Both the position numbers and the translations under genes were made by a program. Below are positions 1 through 14,200 of a stretch of DNA of 64,000 nt, in pieces. Numbering within the stretch: the first letter of the stretch is position 1; every line of letters starts with the position of its first letter. Source of the stretch: Dendrobates tinctorius. Taxonomy: Eukaryota. The stretch covers positions 16,864,001 through 16,928,000 of the forward strand of contig NW_027361705.1 in NCBI RefSeq assembly GCF_039654945.1. Reading direction: 5' to 3'. The notes beneath the pieces were generated by a model. That model had not been told where the DNA came from, ran no database searches, and saw nothing but the letters and a program-made list of their open reading frames with translations.

Positions 1-433
1 TGCTTATGCCTAAATCCAGTTTTCCAGGGGTTTAGACATATGTCCTCTTTCACACATCAGTTTTTTGCCATCAGTCATATGAATCAAATGATTGTGCTGG
101 GTACGTTTTTTTCTCATAGACTAGTATTAGCGGAGGGGCGTGGCCTAGCTCTTGCCATGTGAGGAAGCAGAAGTCTGGAGCTCCCACAGGATTTCCCTGA
201 AAAGCAACTCAAAAGCAGACTTTGAAGTTCCAATTCACCATAGGTTTATTCCCTATCTCCCCTGGAACATTTTGAGACCTAATTTGGACCCCTGGACCAT
301 TTAATCCAAAGATATTCATCACAGAAGATAATAAGATCACACTGCTGCAAGATCCCAATATGGCTGCCAGGCTGCTTTCACAGCTATAGACAGGAAGATC
401 CCTCCTCCTCCCCTACAGTGGCAAAAATGGACC

Positions 434-1477
434 ATGGTCAAGATTGGTAGATCAGCTGACACAAACGCTAATAGTGGGTCACAAACAACCAAAAAGATGG
501 AAAAATTTATCACAAAACAAAGTGGACCTAAACAAGGGCCATCGCAGTATAATGACCCAGGTGATGACCGAGATTTGGAGGAATCACAGGAGGATCCTTC
601 TGACTTTGCGGACTCAGATAAACCTATTTCTAGAAGCTTCATTAAAAGTATTTTGTCCTCAGCCTTGGCCCCCCTTGCGAAAGATTTATCTACACTTAAA
701 AAGGACATTCAGCAGATTGGCAGCAGAGTGGAGGAGCTGGAGGAGGCGTAGTCGAAGCTGTCCGCCTTCGCTGGGGATCTAAAAACGGGCCTTGAGCAAC
801 AGGAAGATCATATCAATTCCCTCTATACTGCAATGGAAGATATTGAATACAGGAACAGAAGAAACAACCTCAGAGTCCGGGGAGTGCCGGAGGCGACCGA
901 CCGAGAGGATGTACCAGCCATTCTTTATGACCTGTTTCTGCCTATGCTGGACACAGAAGATGGAGAGATGTTAATTCTTGAGAGAGCACATAGGGCACTA
1001 AAACCAAAACCTAAACAATCAGAATTCCCTAGAGATATAATTTGCAGAATTCTGGACTTCCGCATGAAAGAGAAAATTCTCAAAAAGATAAGGACACTAA
1101 GCTCATTGGAATATAAAGGCTCTACAATTCGTGTTTTCCAGGATCTGGCACCATCAACCTTGTCTAAGAGATTCTTATTGAAACCCTTTACGGATTCCCT
1201 TAAGCAGAGACAGCTTCCTTTCAGATGGCTTTTCCCATTCGGTCTATTCATCACAGCAGACGGCAAGAGATTTACAGTTAAGTCATCTTCCGACATTGCA
1301 AAAGTATGTGCAGAGCTGGGTATTCAACTCGACTCGCTGCCTGATCTTTGTCTCGCCCGCACTAATTTCAGTCTTCGGGATCTGCCATTGCAAGAACCCT
1401 GGAGAAGAGCAAGCAACTCTAAAGAACAAAGAAGCAGAAAAAGACAAGCAGGGAAGCAGCATTCCTCCAGCGATTGA
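434..1477 (+). pseudogene. L1 ORF1p (coiled coil plus RRM/CTD) with one in-frame stop
   Basis: ORFs 434-751 and 833-1477 are in the same frame, separated by TAG at 749-751. Motifs NRRNNLRVRGVPE, ERAHRAL, PRDIICR and IRVFQDL. Confidence 0.9.
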
Positions 1478-1609
1478 ATTAGGGACCCTTGTCTCCTAGC
1501 CATCTCTGTATGGATCCTTTAAGCTGATCCACGGTGACTGCCTAGTTAACATATGGAACAAATTGAAAAATTGTCATGTTTCCTCCTTTACACTCCCTGA
1601 TGAGTATTA

Positions 1610-1868
1610 GGCTGGTTTCACATTAGCGTTGAAACAACATGTTGCATTTCGGCGCGCACGGCGCACCGTCAAAAGTGCGCAGCACGCTACTTTCACACTG
1701 GCAGCGCATGATCTGCGCACCCTATGCTAAAGATAGGGTGCGCCGATCGCATGCGTGCTAATGCGATAGTAGGCGGTGATCCCGGATGGGGTGGGCAGGG
1801 AGCCGGATCGGGGCGGGGCTTACCGACGCAGTGCGCAGCGTTGTTTCAATGCTAATGTGAAACCAACC
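1610..1868. mobile_element. Harbinger-type MITE inserted in the L1 inter-ORF spacer
   Basis: 29-bp TIRs ggctggtttcacattagcgttgaaacaac / gttgtttcaatgctaatgtgaaaccaacc. TTA TSD at 1607-1609 and 1869-1871. Confidence 0.85.
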
Positions 1869-2057
1869 TTACAGTGGTATTTGTAATTTTGCTTATTACA
1901 AAGAACGTTGTTAATTTAGGACAACAAGCCCTTTTTGTTGAATATATGCTAATGTTTTTGTCTTTTACCTTTCTCTCTTCCCCTCCCTAACCTTTCCCAT
2001 GTCTATCAGCGAATCACCTTTCATCTTGTCCTGAGCCCCGGCGCACACTGACCCGAC

Positions 2058-5000
2058 ATGGCTGATCGTATGCAAGAAACGACAATAGCATCATACAACG
2101 TAAGAGGACTGAACACGCCAATTAAAAGAGCTCAGGTATTGGCACATATTAAGAAATTGGGGGCTGACATTGCACTCCTGCAGGAGACCCACTTTATACA
2201 GGAAAAACCCCGAGTTTTGAGAAACACTACTATAATACATGGTTCCACTCGTTTTCCTCTTCCAGGAAGGGGAGGGGAGTGGCAATCGCTCTTGCAAAAA
2301 ATACACCATTTCAGTATATCGACATGGTTCATGACAGAGATGGTAGATATATTTTCATAAAGGGGAAGTTGGCACACAAACTGGTCACGATAGGATGTGT
2401 ATATGCCCCCCACACAAAACAAGATACCTGGTTTTCCAGAATTATGAGATGGACAAGTCAATTTGTAGAGGGCACTTTGATCCTGGGAGGTGACCTGAAT
2501 GTTCCTCTTGAACAACCAATAGACTCCTCTACTGGGAAATCTAGTGTTCCTAAGAATGCACTAACACGCATTCGAACAACCCTACATATGAACCAACTGA
2601 TTGATACTTGGAGATTTCTCCACCCCACTGTACGAGACTTCTCACATTTCTCACAAGCACACTCGTCATATAGTAGAATTGACTATCTTTTTATCCCATT
2701 CCGGATGTCCTTACATGTGAAAGACTCACAAGTAATTCCGAGCGTTCACTCCGACCACTCCATCTTAATAAACAAACTTATGATAGGCCATAAACCAAAT
2801 AATATCCCTTGGAGGCTAAATGAAACTTTAATTGCAGATGAACCCTCCAGAAATAAAATAAAAAAGAAAATTCAAGAGTATTTTGAGATCAATTTGAGTG
2901 AAAATATTCAATTTTCTACTATTTTGGAGGCTCACAAGGCCGTAATAAGAGGTGAATTGTTTTCTATGGCCTCGCATAAGAATAAAAGCAGAAAAGAAAA
3001 AAACGACACTCTTTATAAAGAGATCCAAACACTAGAACGAGATCATAGAATGACACTGGACCCTGATGCCTTAGCTCTCCTCTCACAGGAGAGACAATCT
3101 CTTAGAGACTTACTATACAAAGACTCAATAAAAATTTATACTAGATGGAAACACAGGGTATTTGCTCATGGAGACAAAATGTCAAAATTTATGACAACCA
3201 TGATTAAAAAGCGTAAGGTTAGGTCTCTTATATATACGGTAAAGTGGTCGGATGGAGCCAAAATTACAAACCCAGACGGGATAGCTTCAGCTTTCAGGGA
3301 GTACTATTCCACCTTGTATGATTTGCGACCGGGAGAAAATGTAGAACAGTTAGAAAAAAGACGAGTGAATATAAAGGAATTCCTACAATCTATAAACCTC
3401 CCTACCTTATCTGAAACACAACAACAGGAACTGACAGCCCCTTTCACGATAGGGGAACTCCAGTCTACCCTGTCGGACTGTCCTATGGGCAAGATCCCTG
3501 GTCCAGATGGCCTCCCGGCATCCTATTATAAGACTTTTCAGGACACGTTGAGTCCACTTTTATTGAAGCTGTGCAATGGTGTACTGGGGGGTGCGGCCTT
3601 TGCAGGACAGACACTGGAGGCACACATATCCTTAATACACAAAGAAGGTAGAGACCCCGAACTATGCAATAATTATAGGCTGATCTCACTATTAAATAAT
3701 GACCTAAAAATATTTGCAAAGATGTTACCCACAAGGATAGGCCTGATCCTTGACACATTCATCTCACCTGAGCAAGTAGGTTTTGTCAGGGGTAGGGAGG
3801 GAAGAGACAACTCCCTTAGAGTACTGTACCTGATGCAGCATGCGCACAGCCACCACAAACCCCTAGTCTTAATGGGCACCGACGCAGAGAAAGCGTTTGA
3901 CAGGGTGGACTGGACATTCATGCATGAGACTCTTGCGAGGTTTGGCTTTCCTCCCACAGTTATAGATGCCAGTTTTCAAATGTATAAGTCACCGTCTGCG
4001 AAAGTAAGGGTAAACGGGGATTTTTCTCCACCCTTTGAGATCAAAAACGGCACACGTCAGGGTTGCCCCCTTTCACCAGCCTTATTTGTCCTAACCATTG
4101 AGACGTTAATTCAGAGTATTAGACAGCATCCAGCAATAGGAGGTATCGAGATCTCGGACTCCTCACATGTAATAGCAGCATTCGCAGATGACCTTCTCTT
4201 GCTCCTATCGGACCCTGAAAAAGAAATTTCGGCGGTGTTGGAGAGGTTTGAGGCATTTGGAGAGTTATCGAACTTTAAGATTAATCTAGAGAAGTCTGAG
4301 GCGATGGGGATAAATATTCGACATACAACAATCCAAAATTTGAAAGCTAAATTCCCAATAAAATGGAACTCTAAATATACTAAGTATTTAGGTATTAAAC
4401 GGAGTCCTCACTGGAACTCCCTTTTCTCACTCAACTTTGTACCCTTTCTCGATGATACTCTTGAAGCCATTAAGTCGTGGAGAGCACCCTATATTTCCTT
4501 GATAGGAAGAAAAAATCTCATCAAAGGATTTATTTTACCCAAGTATAGTTATATATCCAGAATGCTACCAATTAAAGTCCCTGACAGGTTTATTCAGAAG
4601 GTCCGATCTCTTTTTGGGAAGTATATATGGGGGGGGCTTAAGACCTAGAATAAGCTATAATACTCTTTCCCTACCTAAACATAAAGGGGTATAGGATTAC
4701 CGGACCCACAAAAATACCATGCAGCAGCAACTTTGTCGCTATTAATCGATTGGACGAGAGAGAGTAATCACAAACTTTGGACAGGGATTGCTAGCTAGTC
4801 ACTGTCAGTACCAATTTCTACTATCCTTAACTCGCCAACGGGTTTTATAAAGAAGGTTCTCTCCCCAAAAGCAATAACAAAAAATGTAATCAGGACCTGG
4901 GCCAGATTCTCATCCTCACTAATGCCACTTCCATCACCCCTGATAAAAGTAGGGGACCTACCTGGCCTCTATTTAAATCGCCCTTTTCTTAAGGACACAG

Positions 5001-5875
5001 ACTCTCTACATAAAATAAACGAAAGTCTAGATGCTTTCATGAAAGATGGTGTGATCCTACCTCTGCAAGATTTACATATGAGATTTCCACACTATCATAT
5101 TAACTTTCTTCATTACAAGAGGCTCAAAAACGCGATCAGATCATATTTACAATCTGGACTTCCGCACAGAGAGTTGACCGCTTTTGAAAAGTTGCTGACT
5201 CAGAGAAATAAACCAAGGGGCATGTTGGGTAAGCTTTACCAGATGCTCCTGGCCCACTCAACCTTGGTTAAACGAGCGTTTATAATGAAATGGGAAAGGG
5301 ACCTTGAGGTTGTATTGCAAGATTGGGAGGTTGAAAAGATATATAAAAACTCGCATGGTCCTTCTGGCTGTGTGAGGGTCCAAGAAAATTCTTACAAAGT
5401 CCTTACTAGGTGGTACACCACCCCTGACACTAGAAAGAAGTGGCAGCCTGATGCACCCTCTAATTGTTGGAGATGTTTCGGGGAAAGGGGATCTTATTTA
5501 CACATATGGTGGCAGTGCGAAAATATTCAACCATTCTGGAGGAAAGTGCTTAAAATTACAACAAGACTTTGCCAGCTTCCAAACCCCCCATCCTTGAAAT
5601 TGATTTTTCTAAACTGGTCAAGCGATCTTGCACGATACAAACATAAAAAATGTCTTATGTATTTGTTAGCAGCTCCCAAAATGCTTATCCCCTTACATTG
5701 GTAATCACAAGACTGTCCTACCCTGGCAGAATGGTTGCACAAGGTGAACCAAATATATTACACAGAAGAAATAATAGCCAACACGACCTTTAAGATAGGT
5801 TAATTCAGATTGACCTGGGCGCCGTGGACACTCTTTAGAGAAACAGATGAATACTTAAAACTACTAAACCCTTAG
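2058..5875 (+). pseudogene. L1 ORF2p (APE endonuclease, reverse transcriptase, C-terminal zinc knuckle), frameshifted
   Basis: EN motifs SYNVRGLN, LQETH, GGDLN, SRIDY, SDHS. RT motifs PGPDG, DAEKAFDRV, GTRQGCPLSP, FADD. CWRC-x8-H-x4-C lies in 4922-5704. Frameshift near 2230-2280; stops or frameshifts at 4646-4920 and 5702. Confidence 0.92.
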
Positions 5876-7469
5876 TAAAATTTATCAAATTGCCCTAAGA
5901 CCAACTAATCTTGGAGCAACATTGGTTGACCATTCAGACAATAGGGCAAAACCCCCTGCCGAATGGACATCACCACCCTGACTGGAATTCCTACTCCATC
6001 CCACCCTTAATTACTCCCCCTTCTATCCACTCTACTTCTCTACCTAACTTTTATTCTTTCTACTCAGTTAAAAGTTTGTATTTTGTTACGACTGATGTGT
6101 ACATCTTTTCCAGGGATCTACGTCAAAGATTTTGTCTGGGACTCATGAGTTTAAGCAATAAAACTTAGATGGATACTACCTGGTTTACTGCATAGCAACA
6201 AGTATCAAGCAGTAATATATGAGATGTGAATATACGATTAGTAAGATCAAACTGGAAATGTAAGAAACTAATAATGCTTGATCATATCAGTCACATGTAA
6301 TGTTATTTCTCTTTGTTAAACCAATAAAAAGATGTTTAAAATAGACTAGTATTAGCAACGGATTGTGACGGATGGAGACACGTTTCATCCGTCGTCCAAC
6401 GGATTAGTCGGAAAATCTTTGTCTGTCGGCCGGAGACAACGGACAAAGTAATGTTTTTTGTGTACATTGAAAAGCACCATCCGTCGTTGGCTATAATGGA
6501 AGCCTATGGGCACAGGATCCATCGCTATCCATCAAAAAACGAAATCCAGCGACAGATTCCGTCTTTTAAAACTGAGCATGCCCGGAATAATTTGTATTTC
6601 TTTAATTTAACCCCATTTTCCATTCTGGCACAGAAAACATTCTCTCTCTCTCTCCCTCTCGCTCTCCAGAATCCTGTTCCTTAAATTTCCTATTCCTACT
6701 GCTCCTTCTTCTACAGATCGTCAAAAAAATGGATCCGGTCCATCAGTTTTTTGCAATCTTCACAGGATCCGTTTTTTTCACACTTTGACGGATTGTGACT
6801 GATGGCAAAAAACTGATGTGTGAAAGAGGCCTTAGCCTCATCAGAGCCAAAACCTGTTGGCTAAAATGTGATGTGAACATAGCCTTACGTTTTTGCTATT
6901 AACTATTTTCCTGCCACAAGACACAACTTTCCTAATCTGCTACTGTTCCTGTGTGTTTCATCTGTGATATTCTCTTCACTTGTTGTCAGTTATCTTGAAA
7001 ACCCAGATGCCCTGTTCTTCGCTGAACCATGTGTCTGTGCGACTGCATGATACAAGTTGTGACCAAGAGTATCTAGACAAATGATTGTTTAAGGCTATTA
7101 AGGTTATTGAGCACACAACACCAGCAATACAACAGGAAAAGCTAGTCCATCTAAGCAGGCACAGATTGAAATTTCTCTATCATACCCCAAGACATGTTAG
7201 TATGCATACTGTACAGTGTACACTAAAAAATGTTATTCTTCATTGAACGTCCAAATTGCAAATCACCTTCCTTATCTGCAGATCTTGGACCTGGTAATTC
7301 AAGTGTGTTATGTCTGATACTAGAAGTGTTGAATATTAGGCAGTATAACTACCTTTATATTCATTGTAAGTATTCACTTGTGGCACTTTTAGACTCATTT
7401 ATGAAGGATTCAAAAACACATAAAGCACTGCTGCATTATTAGACATATTTCATCTGATATCTTCAAAGG

Positions 7470-9053
7470 ATGTTCAGGTCCGGCGCGTCAATCACTGATT
7501 CTGATCCATAATAAAATCGGTACTGCCGGTCAGACAGCCACAGTTTCCACCCTGTCAAATGACAGCTTGAGCCCACAGCTGTGATTCGAGGTACAAAGTT
7601 TACCTCCAGTCACTTGTGTCAGCTGGAGGGACTACTACTCGCATAAGCTGATGCCTGCTATCACTTATAACAGTGAGAGCAGGCGGAGGCTGAAGGGAGT
7701 ATTCATCAGCTGGCACCTGCGCTCTAAATAAATAATTTAAATAATTTAAATTATTAAATAAATAAATTTAAAAAAATGCATAGTTCCCCTGTATTTTTGA
7801 TAACCAGCCAGGCAAAATGCACAGCTTGGGGCTGCAACTTCAGCTGTCAGCTTTAGCAAGACTGGTTATCAAGAATAGAGGGATCCCCAAGCTGTTTTTT
7901 AACTATTTAAATAAATAATTTAAAAAAAACACGTGGAGTCCCCCCCTATTTTTGACAACCAGCCTTGTTAAAGCAGACAGCTGGAGGCTGGAATTCGCAG
8001 GCTGCTTAGAGGCTGTTGACATTGGCACCCCTGGCCTAAAATAGCAGTCCACAGCCACCCAGAAAAGGCACATTAAATTCTTTTAATTATTGTTGCTTTT
8101 TATTTTTGTTTTATTACAGGAGACAAGGGATTCAATGGAATGGGCATTAGGTGAGGAAAACTGTGTTTGTTATTTTTAAACAAAAAGGAAAAGTGTGTTT
8201 TGCTTTCATTTCAATTAAACAACTTTTTTCTTGCTGTGTCTTTATTTACAATACAACTCTAGGATTAGTAATGGATAGGTGTCTAATAGACATGGGCTTG
8301 ATGTCACCAGACTATACAAAGGTGACATCAACCCCACAAATATGAACCCCACTTGCCAACAGTACAGCGAAATTGTGAAGAGCTGGGTAAAGTGACAGAA
8401 ATGGAGAATCTAATAGATGTGCCTTTTCTGGGCTCCTATGTGCTGCTATTTTTAGTCTTGGAGAGCCAGTATCCATATCTCCTTACCAGCCTGAGAATAC
8501 CAGCCCCCAGCTGTCTGCTTTAGAAAGGCTGTTTGTCAAAAATGGAGGTGACCCCATGCCAGTTTTGAAAATTATTTATTGAAATAATTTAAAAAACAGC
8601 ATGGGGACCCCTCTATTCTTGATAACCAGCCTTGCTAATGCTGACAGCTGATGGTTGCAACCCCCAGCTGTGAGTTTTGCCTGCCTGGTTATCAAAAATA
8701 CAGGGGAACCTACTTTATTTTTTTTGTATTATTTAATTACAGCGCAGGCACCGACTGATAAATACTCCCATCAGCCGCCGCCTGCTCTCACTGTTATTAG
8801 AGACAGCAGTCATAGGCTGATGGGAGTAGTAGTCGCATCAGCCGGACTCCAGTGACCAGATGTAAACTTTATGCCTCTGATCACAACTGCGGACTCACGC
8901 TGTCATTTTAAGCAGACAAGCACCTGATGTTCAGGGGGCCAAACCCAAACAGTAAAACAGACTTCCTGGTGAAGTCCATGTTTGGCGTCAGTGCCTGAAC
9001 AGTAGGTGTCTGGTATGGACACCAAACTTTACTGTTTAGGATCGCCCATATCT
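7470..9053. mobile_element. Degenerate palindromic non-autonomous DNA transposon (hAT-like right end)
   Basis: ~7555-8060 is a diverged inverted copy of ~8430-8910. It ends in atcgcccatatcta, resembling the TAGAGATGAGCGA TIR family. The left end is not identifiable. Confidence 0.55.
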
Positions 9054-11277
9054 AGCTATGGGTCTTCTGGCCGGAAAGGACAGCTTCAGGTATTTCTATT
9101 TTATAAAAGATGATAAAATAAAATGGATTTTAATTTCTAAGTTGGAAGAATCCACTGGAATTATTTGTTGTTCCCTGTGGCTATTTCTATGAAGCTGTCA
9201 CGCTCTGATCGAGAAACCCGTGGCCAGTCCCTGCACTATGCTCCGTGTTCATTCCAATTTGCACAGTTGTCTGAATGAGCCCGATCCACATGCAGTCATA
9301 TCAGGCACTGGCTGTATGATCAGTGAAAAACATAATTTAAACACCGGCCAAGGACAAAGCTGCATGGGTGACCAGTCAAAAAGGCCAGTCCCCCGTGACT
9401 TCTGTCCACCCATTGCCAGTGACTGACAGATCTCTCCCTATACATGCATGCAGTGATAGACCCATCACTCAAGGAGAGTGGGAGGGGAGAAACTGAGGGG
9501 GGCCGACCTTTTCAACTAGACACCCATGCGACTTAGACATCATCCAGCTTTCAAGATATTTTTCTTTGAAGTCATACAGTTTTTCCAAGTCAAAGATACA
9601 AGGCAGAACTCGTACAGCCATTGCCTGATACATACCGTCTGTGGCTTTGGCAGTACATATCAGCTGTTGTGCTCCCTTTATGAGTAGAAAATACGTTGTT
9701 ATAGTATATTGAAGTAGCAGGTTGTGTACATAATTACCAGGGTCCTAATACAGAACCAACCACAGAAACACTGGGCCTCGTTCACACTTGACAGCCCTGA
9801 GAAAGATGCAGTGTACAGTATGTGGGAAAATATCAAAACCAAGTAACAGAAGTGTAATCCCATCTAAAGTATATAATATTAAATTACCTCTTTCTGCACT
9901 TACTGTATGTGGATAGTACACAATGCAAAAAAAAAGGTTTGCCAGAACCCGCTGATGTTGAATATAATCGCTTGTAAAAATTAATTGTGGAAATAATTAT
10001 TTTAAGTATGTAGATTGATCTTTAACATTAGCAGTGTCTGCAAATCCTTGATTTTTTTGTTCTGTATCAATTTCCAATCCGCCTGTGCAATTATGCACTA
10101 CACCATAAGGAAGGCACAGTGGCTGGGGATTGCAGAATTATCAGACATACTGCCAGTGTTGCTTCAGTGTTAGCGCAACCTGACAAGGTGAGCTAAATAC
10201 CAATCGCCCTTGTAGGATCTCCAAATAATACTTCTCCACGAGACATCTACACAATGACTCGCTGTTTTCTCTTTTTTTATTTTCTAGATAATATTTAAAT
10301 AAATTAATTATGCTGTAAAATAAGTAAAATGAAAAATATAAAAATTTGTTATTGTGCCCCTGCAAGCTGCACAGTGATGTATACTTATTGTTGCGGGTCT
10401 GGCGGAACGCACCAAATAATAAAGATGAAACAATATGTAAGGTGCGTTCGCAGCCCAGGGCCCACCATACAGAGGTGAGCAACTACTGCTAAACAATGAG
10501 GGAAAGGCGAGTAGGAGTAAAGCCGGACACCGGTGCATAACCACTGAGTCGGTGCTAACAGACATGTGAGCCGTTACTTCACGTAACACGTGCCTGCCGG
10601 CGAACAACCGCAACCTGTTAACATCACAGGTCATGGGGTGTGAACCACTGCTGCAACGTGTGCAGTATCTGCCCTGACGGACGCCACTAACCAGCCTAAT
10701 AACCGGGTTGGAAAGCGCTACCAAAGCGCACGGTGTAAGTAGCGGACGCTGCGATAGCAGTGGCCAAGGAGGCCTATACTGGCAGACACCCTAGGCGCTA
10801 GTGGTGGATGTGGAGCAACACTGCAGCGATATGCAGTGTAGAGCTAACGTACTGACTCTAATCCCTCACCCTAACACATACGTAATATCTAAGGAGGGGG
10901 GAATTATAATGCGTCAGTCACCAGGCTTATTCATCCATCATCACACATACACTAAATACATTAGCCTCAGAGTCTATCATAGCGCATGGCGGGCGGCCAT
11001 GCAGGCCTTTTATAGCCGTGCCCTTCCGGGACCTTCTTGATCCTCCAGATGGACCAATGAGAACTGGAGAAGGACCTGAGCATGTGACTCCCGATCCCCA
11101 ATGGGAGATCGTCTCCTGAGCATGCTCAGTGGAGTGAAGGGAGAACTTAGACTCTTGAGTCTTTTGCTGCTGGACAGGCTGCATTGCCATAACTGGTCCA
11201 GAGGAGGCAGCAGCAACCGAACCCACGATGCTGGTGTGGGCAGAACGCCGGGATCGTGGAATCTGCTGAGCAGGCTC

Positions 11278-14200
11278 TGTGACGCCCCTGAGGGTCTGGT
11301 TGCCACAGAGGTACTGCACCTCATCCAGAGGTGTGGTATCCCACCCTCAAGTAAGGAGGGATCACCACCCAGGACTCCTAACACTGCACTCAACAAACAC
11401 ATTCAGGGCACCTGGGCGTACCCTGCGGGAGGATGGCCTCATCCCAGACTGGCTAGGAAAGGGTGTAGGGGTTAGTGTAGAAGGTAGGTAGAGTGGGAGG
11501 AGCTTAGGTAGTGGAGTGATAGTTGGGCATCCAATCAGCGTTAGAAAGGTGACAGTTGGGGGGAGGAGCTAGTTCTGAGGTAAAGAGAACTTTCCAGAAA
11601 CTAGTTAGTCGGTGACAGGACCAGCGAGAGAGCAGGATTGCTGTAGAGGACAGTGGGTGGAAGTGAGAGAAACATCTTGTCTATGCTCCTGGACTGGGAA
11701 GAAGGGGTCCTAGGGGCATGGGTAGTGCGACTAGCCACCCGTGGGGCCCGCATCCTGGAAGGGAAGGACCAGGCCAGAATGAGGGAACCGGCCCCTGAAG
11801 CTAGTGGAGGACTACAGGACTCAGCTGGGAAGCCGGAGGCTGAGGTAACTTTAAGTGCCTCAGCCACTGCCACAAGCACCCTCCAAAAGGCAGCAGTATG
11901 AGAAACGGACCTCGAGGCCTGACCCACGTCACCTGAGGAGATCCGTGGCTGCCAGCTGGGGGCACAACTTGTGAAGGCACAGGGCAGGGAAAGTAAGGAG
12001 AATTCAGCGCAGAGACACGGCTTTGAGAGAGACATGAGGAGGAGTCCTGAAAGGTGTACCCAATCTGCCTGGGAGTTTGCCGGACCCCTCCCTCAGAGGA
12101 CACAGCACTAAGTGGACCAACTTGTACACGAAACTTGTGACTAAAAACCCAGAAACTGCACCTAACTGTGTCCTTGGAGTTATTTTACAACTGCCTGCCT
12201 CACACTGCAAACACCATCACCGTCACTGGCTCAACTGCCCGGGGACACAGCTATACCTGTGGAGAGCTTTACCATCCTCGCTGCCCTAACACCGTCCCAG
12301 AGGATCTGCAGAGCAGCATCAGCCTAACACCTGTATTGCCGAATACCACAGGTGGCGTCATGAATCCCCTTTTCCCCTACAACTATCCTACCATTTCCCC
12401 CTTTATCTGCACTTCCATCATCTACATTGGACACCCAGGGTCACGGACCGGGTCACCATCACCACCGTGACACACTTCCCCTCTGAAAGAGCCTGACCGA
12501 CCCGGTAGTGAGATCCCCCGGCCCTGGAGGGTGTTCCAGTTTGGCATCACGACGAACAGGATCATCGCGCTCAACAAAGCTGGGTACTTGGAGCTCGGCA
12601 AAGATGGGTGCCTAGAGCCTAGCAAAGCTGAGTGCTGTGTGCCAGAAGCCTTAATGTATAGTGTGCCAGAAATTTACTATACTGTGTAAGAGAGATTTTG
12701 TAGTATTGCTTAAAGAATTATCTGTATTGAGTAATAGTGAGTTTGTAAGGCTGTTAAATCAGCGCCTCACTGGCCATTGTTTACTGCGTCACTGTTACCG
12801 AGTGCTGGTTAAATAGCTGCATCACAGGTTGTGTGGGCTTGTCACATTACAGCCAGCAGGAGCTGAGAGGAATGAGCTGCGGTGGGCGGGGCCAGAGAGT
12901 GAGTGCAAGGATGATGCCCGCCCACCACCAATATCAGCATGTGATGCAAAGGTGTCTGTCAGGAGGAAAAACCCACCTCCTGTATTACTTTGATAGGCAT
13001 AAAGAGCTGAGGAAAGCCAGCCCCCGGAAAATGTCAGGGGTGAGCAGGAAGAACACAGGAGACAGAACAATAAACATGGCAGCAGCAAATTATGCAGAAG
13101 GAAGCAATAGCCTGAGTGCAGGGAATAAAACCATCTATGCAGAGGAGCTGAGTAGCCAGCTCCAGGATCTGTCTCTGACCATGGTAGGAGAATGGGAGTC
13201 AGAGCCGGTCAAACCACCAAATACCACAGCTGCAGCAGACCCAGTCATCAGGTCTGAGGATACTCTGGTAGGCCCCCTTCCTGTCCCCACGGCCCCTACA
13301 CCTGGATGGGCACATTATAATATAGCGTGGGAGTAGGGGAGGCTGATGCAGAAGGTACTATGGCTGGCACTGATGCAGGTGTAGTCATGCAGCAAGAACT
13401 GTCCCGGCCAGGTAGTGGCCAGTCCCAGGTGTCTCCCTGAAAAGCAAGCATAAATGAGCAGCTACGATATATGACTGTATATAGTTAGTAAAGTTACCTG
13501 TTAAGGTATGTTTGTTAGTATTTCTTGATTTATGTTCGTACAGCTTACCTGGTTGGGTGTGTTTGTTAACATTTCTTAAAGTTTTACAGAAACAGTTGGT
13601 TCACGGAACTATGGGTGATCAAAACTATTAATTTAAATAGTTAGCACTTTTTAAGGTGCTCCATCTTGGTTTTACGTCAGGCCTCTAATTGTGCCTTAAT
13701 AGGCCACAGAAGAAAAACCCGTTTGGCGTGGCTGAAAACATGGTCCAAAATAAAGGTCAACTATGTCTTGTAGCCCGCCCAAGGCCTACGTTGGGGGTTT
13801 ACAGATGAGTCCCCCGCATCGCACCAAAGGATGAACTGAACTTTGATAGAATAATGTTCGATGCAAATGCTTACCCAAATGTTTACATTTGAATGTTGAA
13901 TCTTCGACGTGTAATACGAAAATTTTTATTGAAAAGATGGTATTTTATTAACTTGAATCTACAAGGAATCTATTTAAAGAAGAATAGTTATTTGCAACAT
14001 TTAAGAAAGTGTGCCTCCCATAAAGGGAAGTTGTGTTATTGAATTTACCTGTTGACATGCATGTTCAAAATTTTGTATGTTTCTGATAAAATCTGTTTTT
14101 GCTCTGTTCCAGCCCTCGGACGTGCTTTGTTTAATGAGGGGGGGTATGTGGCGCCCCTGAGGGTCTGGTCGCCACAGAGGTACTGCACCTCATCCAGAGG

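Larger units (their letters stand above)
132..6340 (+). mobile_element. Full-length L1-clade LINE, inactivated
   Basis: 16-bp TSD ATAGACTAGTATTAGC at 116-131 and 6341-6356. 5' end GGAGGGGCGTGGCCT. Contains ORF1 and ORF2. AATAAA at 6323 with a short A-rich tail. Confidence 0.95.
41..6832. mobile_element. Harbinger-type MITE split by the L1 insertion (left part 41-131, right part 6357-6832)
   Basis: TIR ctctttcacacatcagttttttgccatcagtca (45-77) is the reverse complement of tgactgatggcaaaaaactgatgtgtgaaagag (6796-6828). The right end reads ...gaggcctta. Confidence 0.7.

Noticed and set aside
10110-10187. Possible 78-nt host exon ending at AAG|GTGAG
   Set aside because: Weak acceptor, no recognisable peptide and no partner exons.
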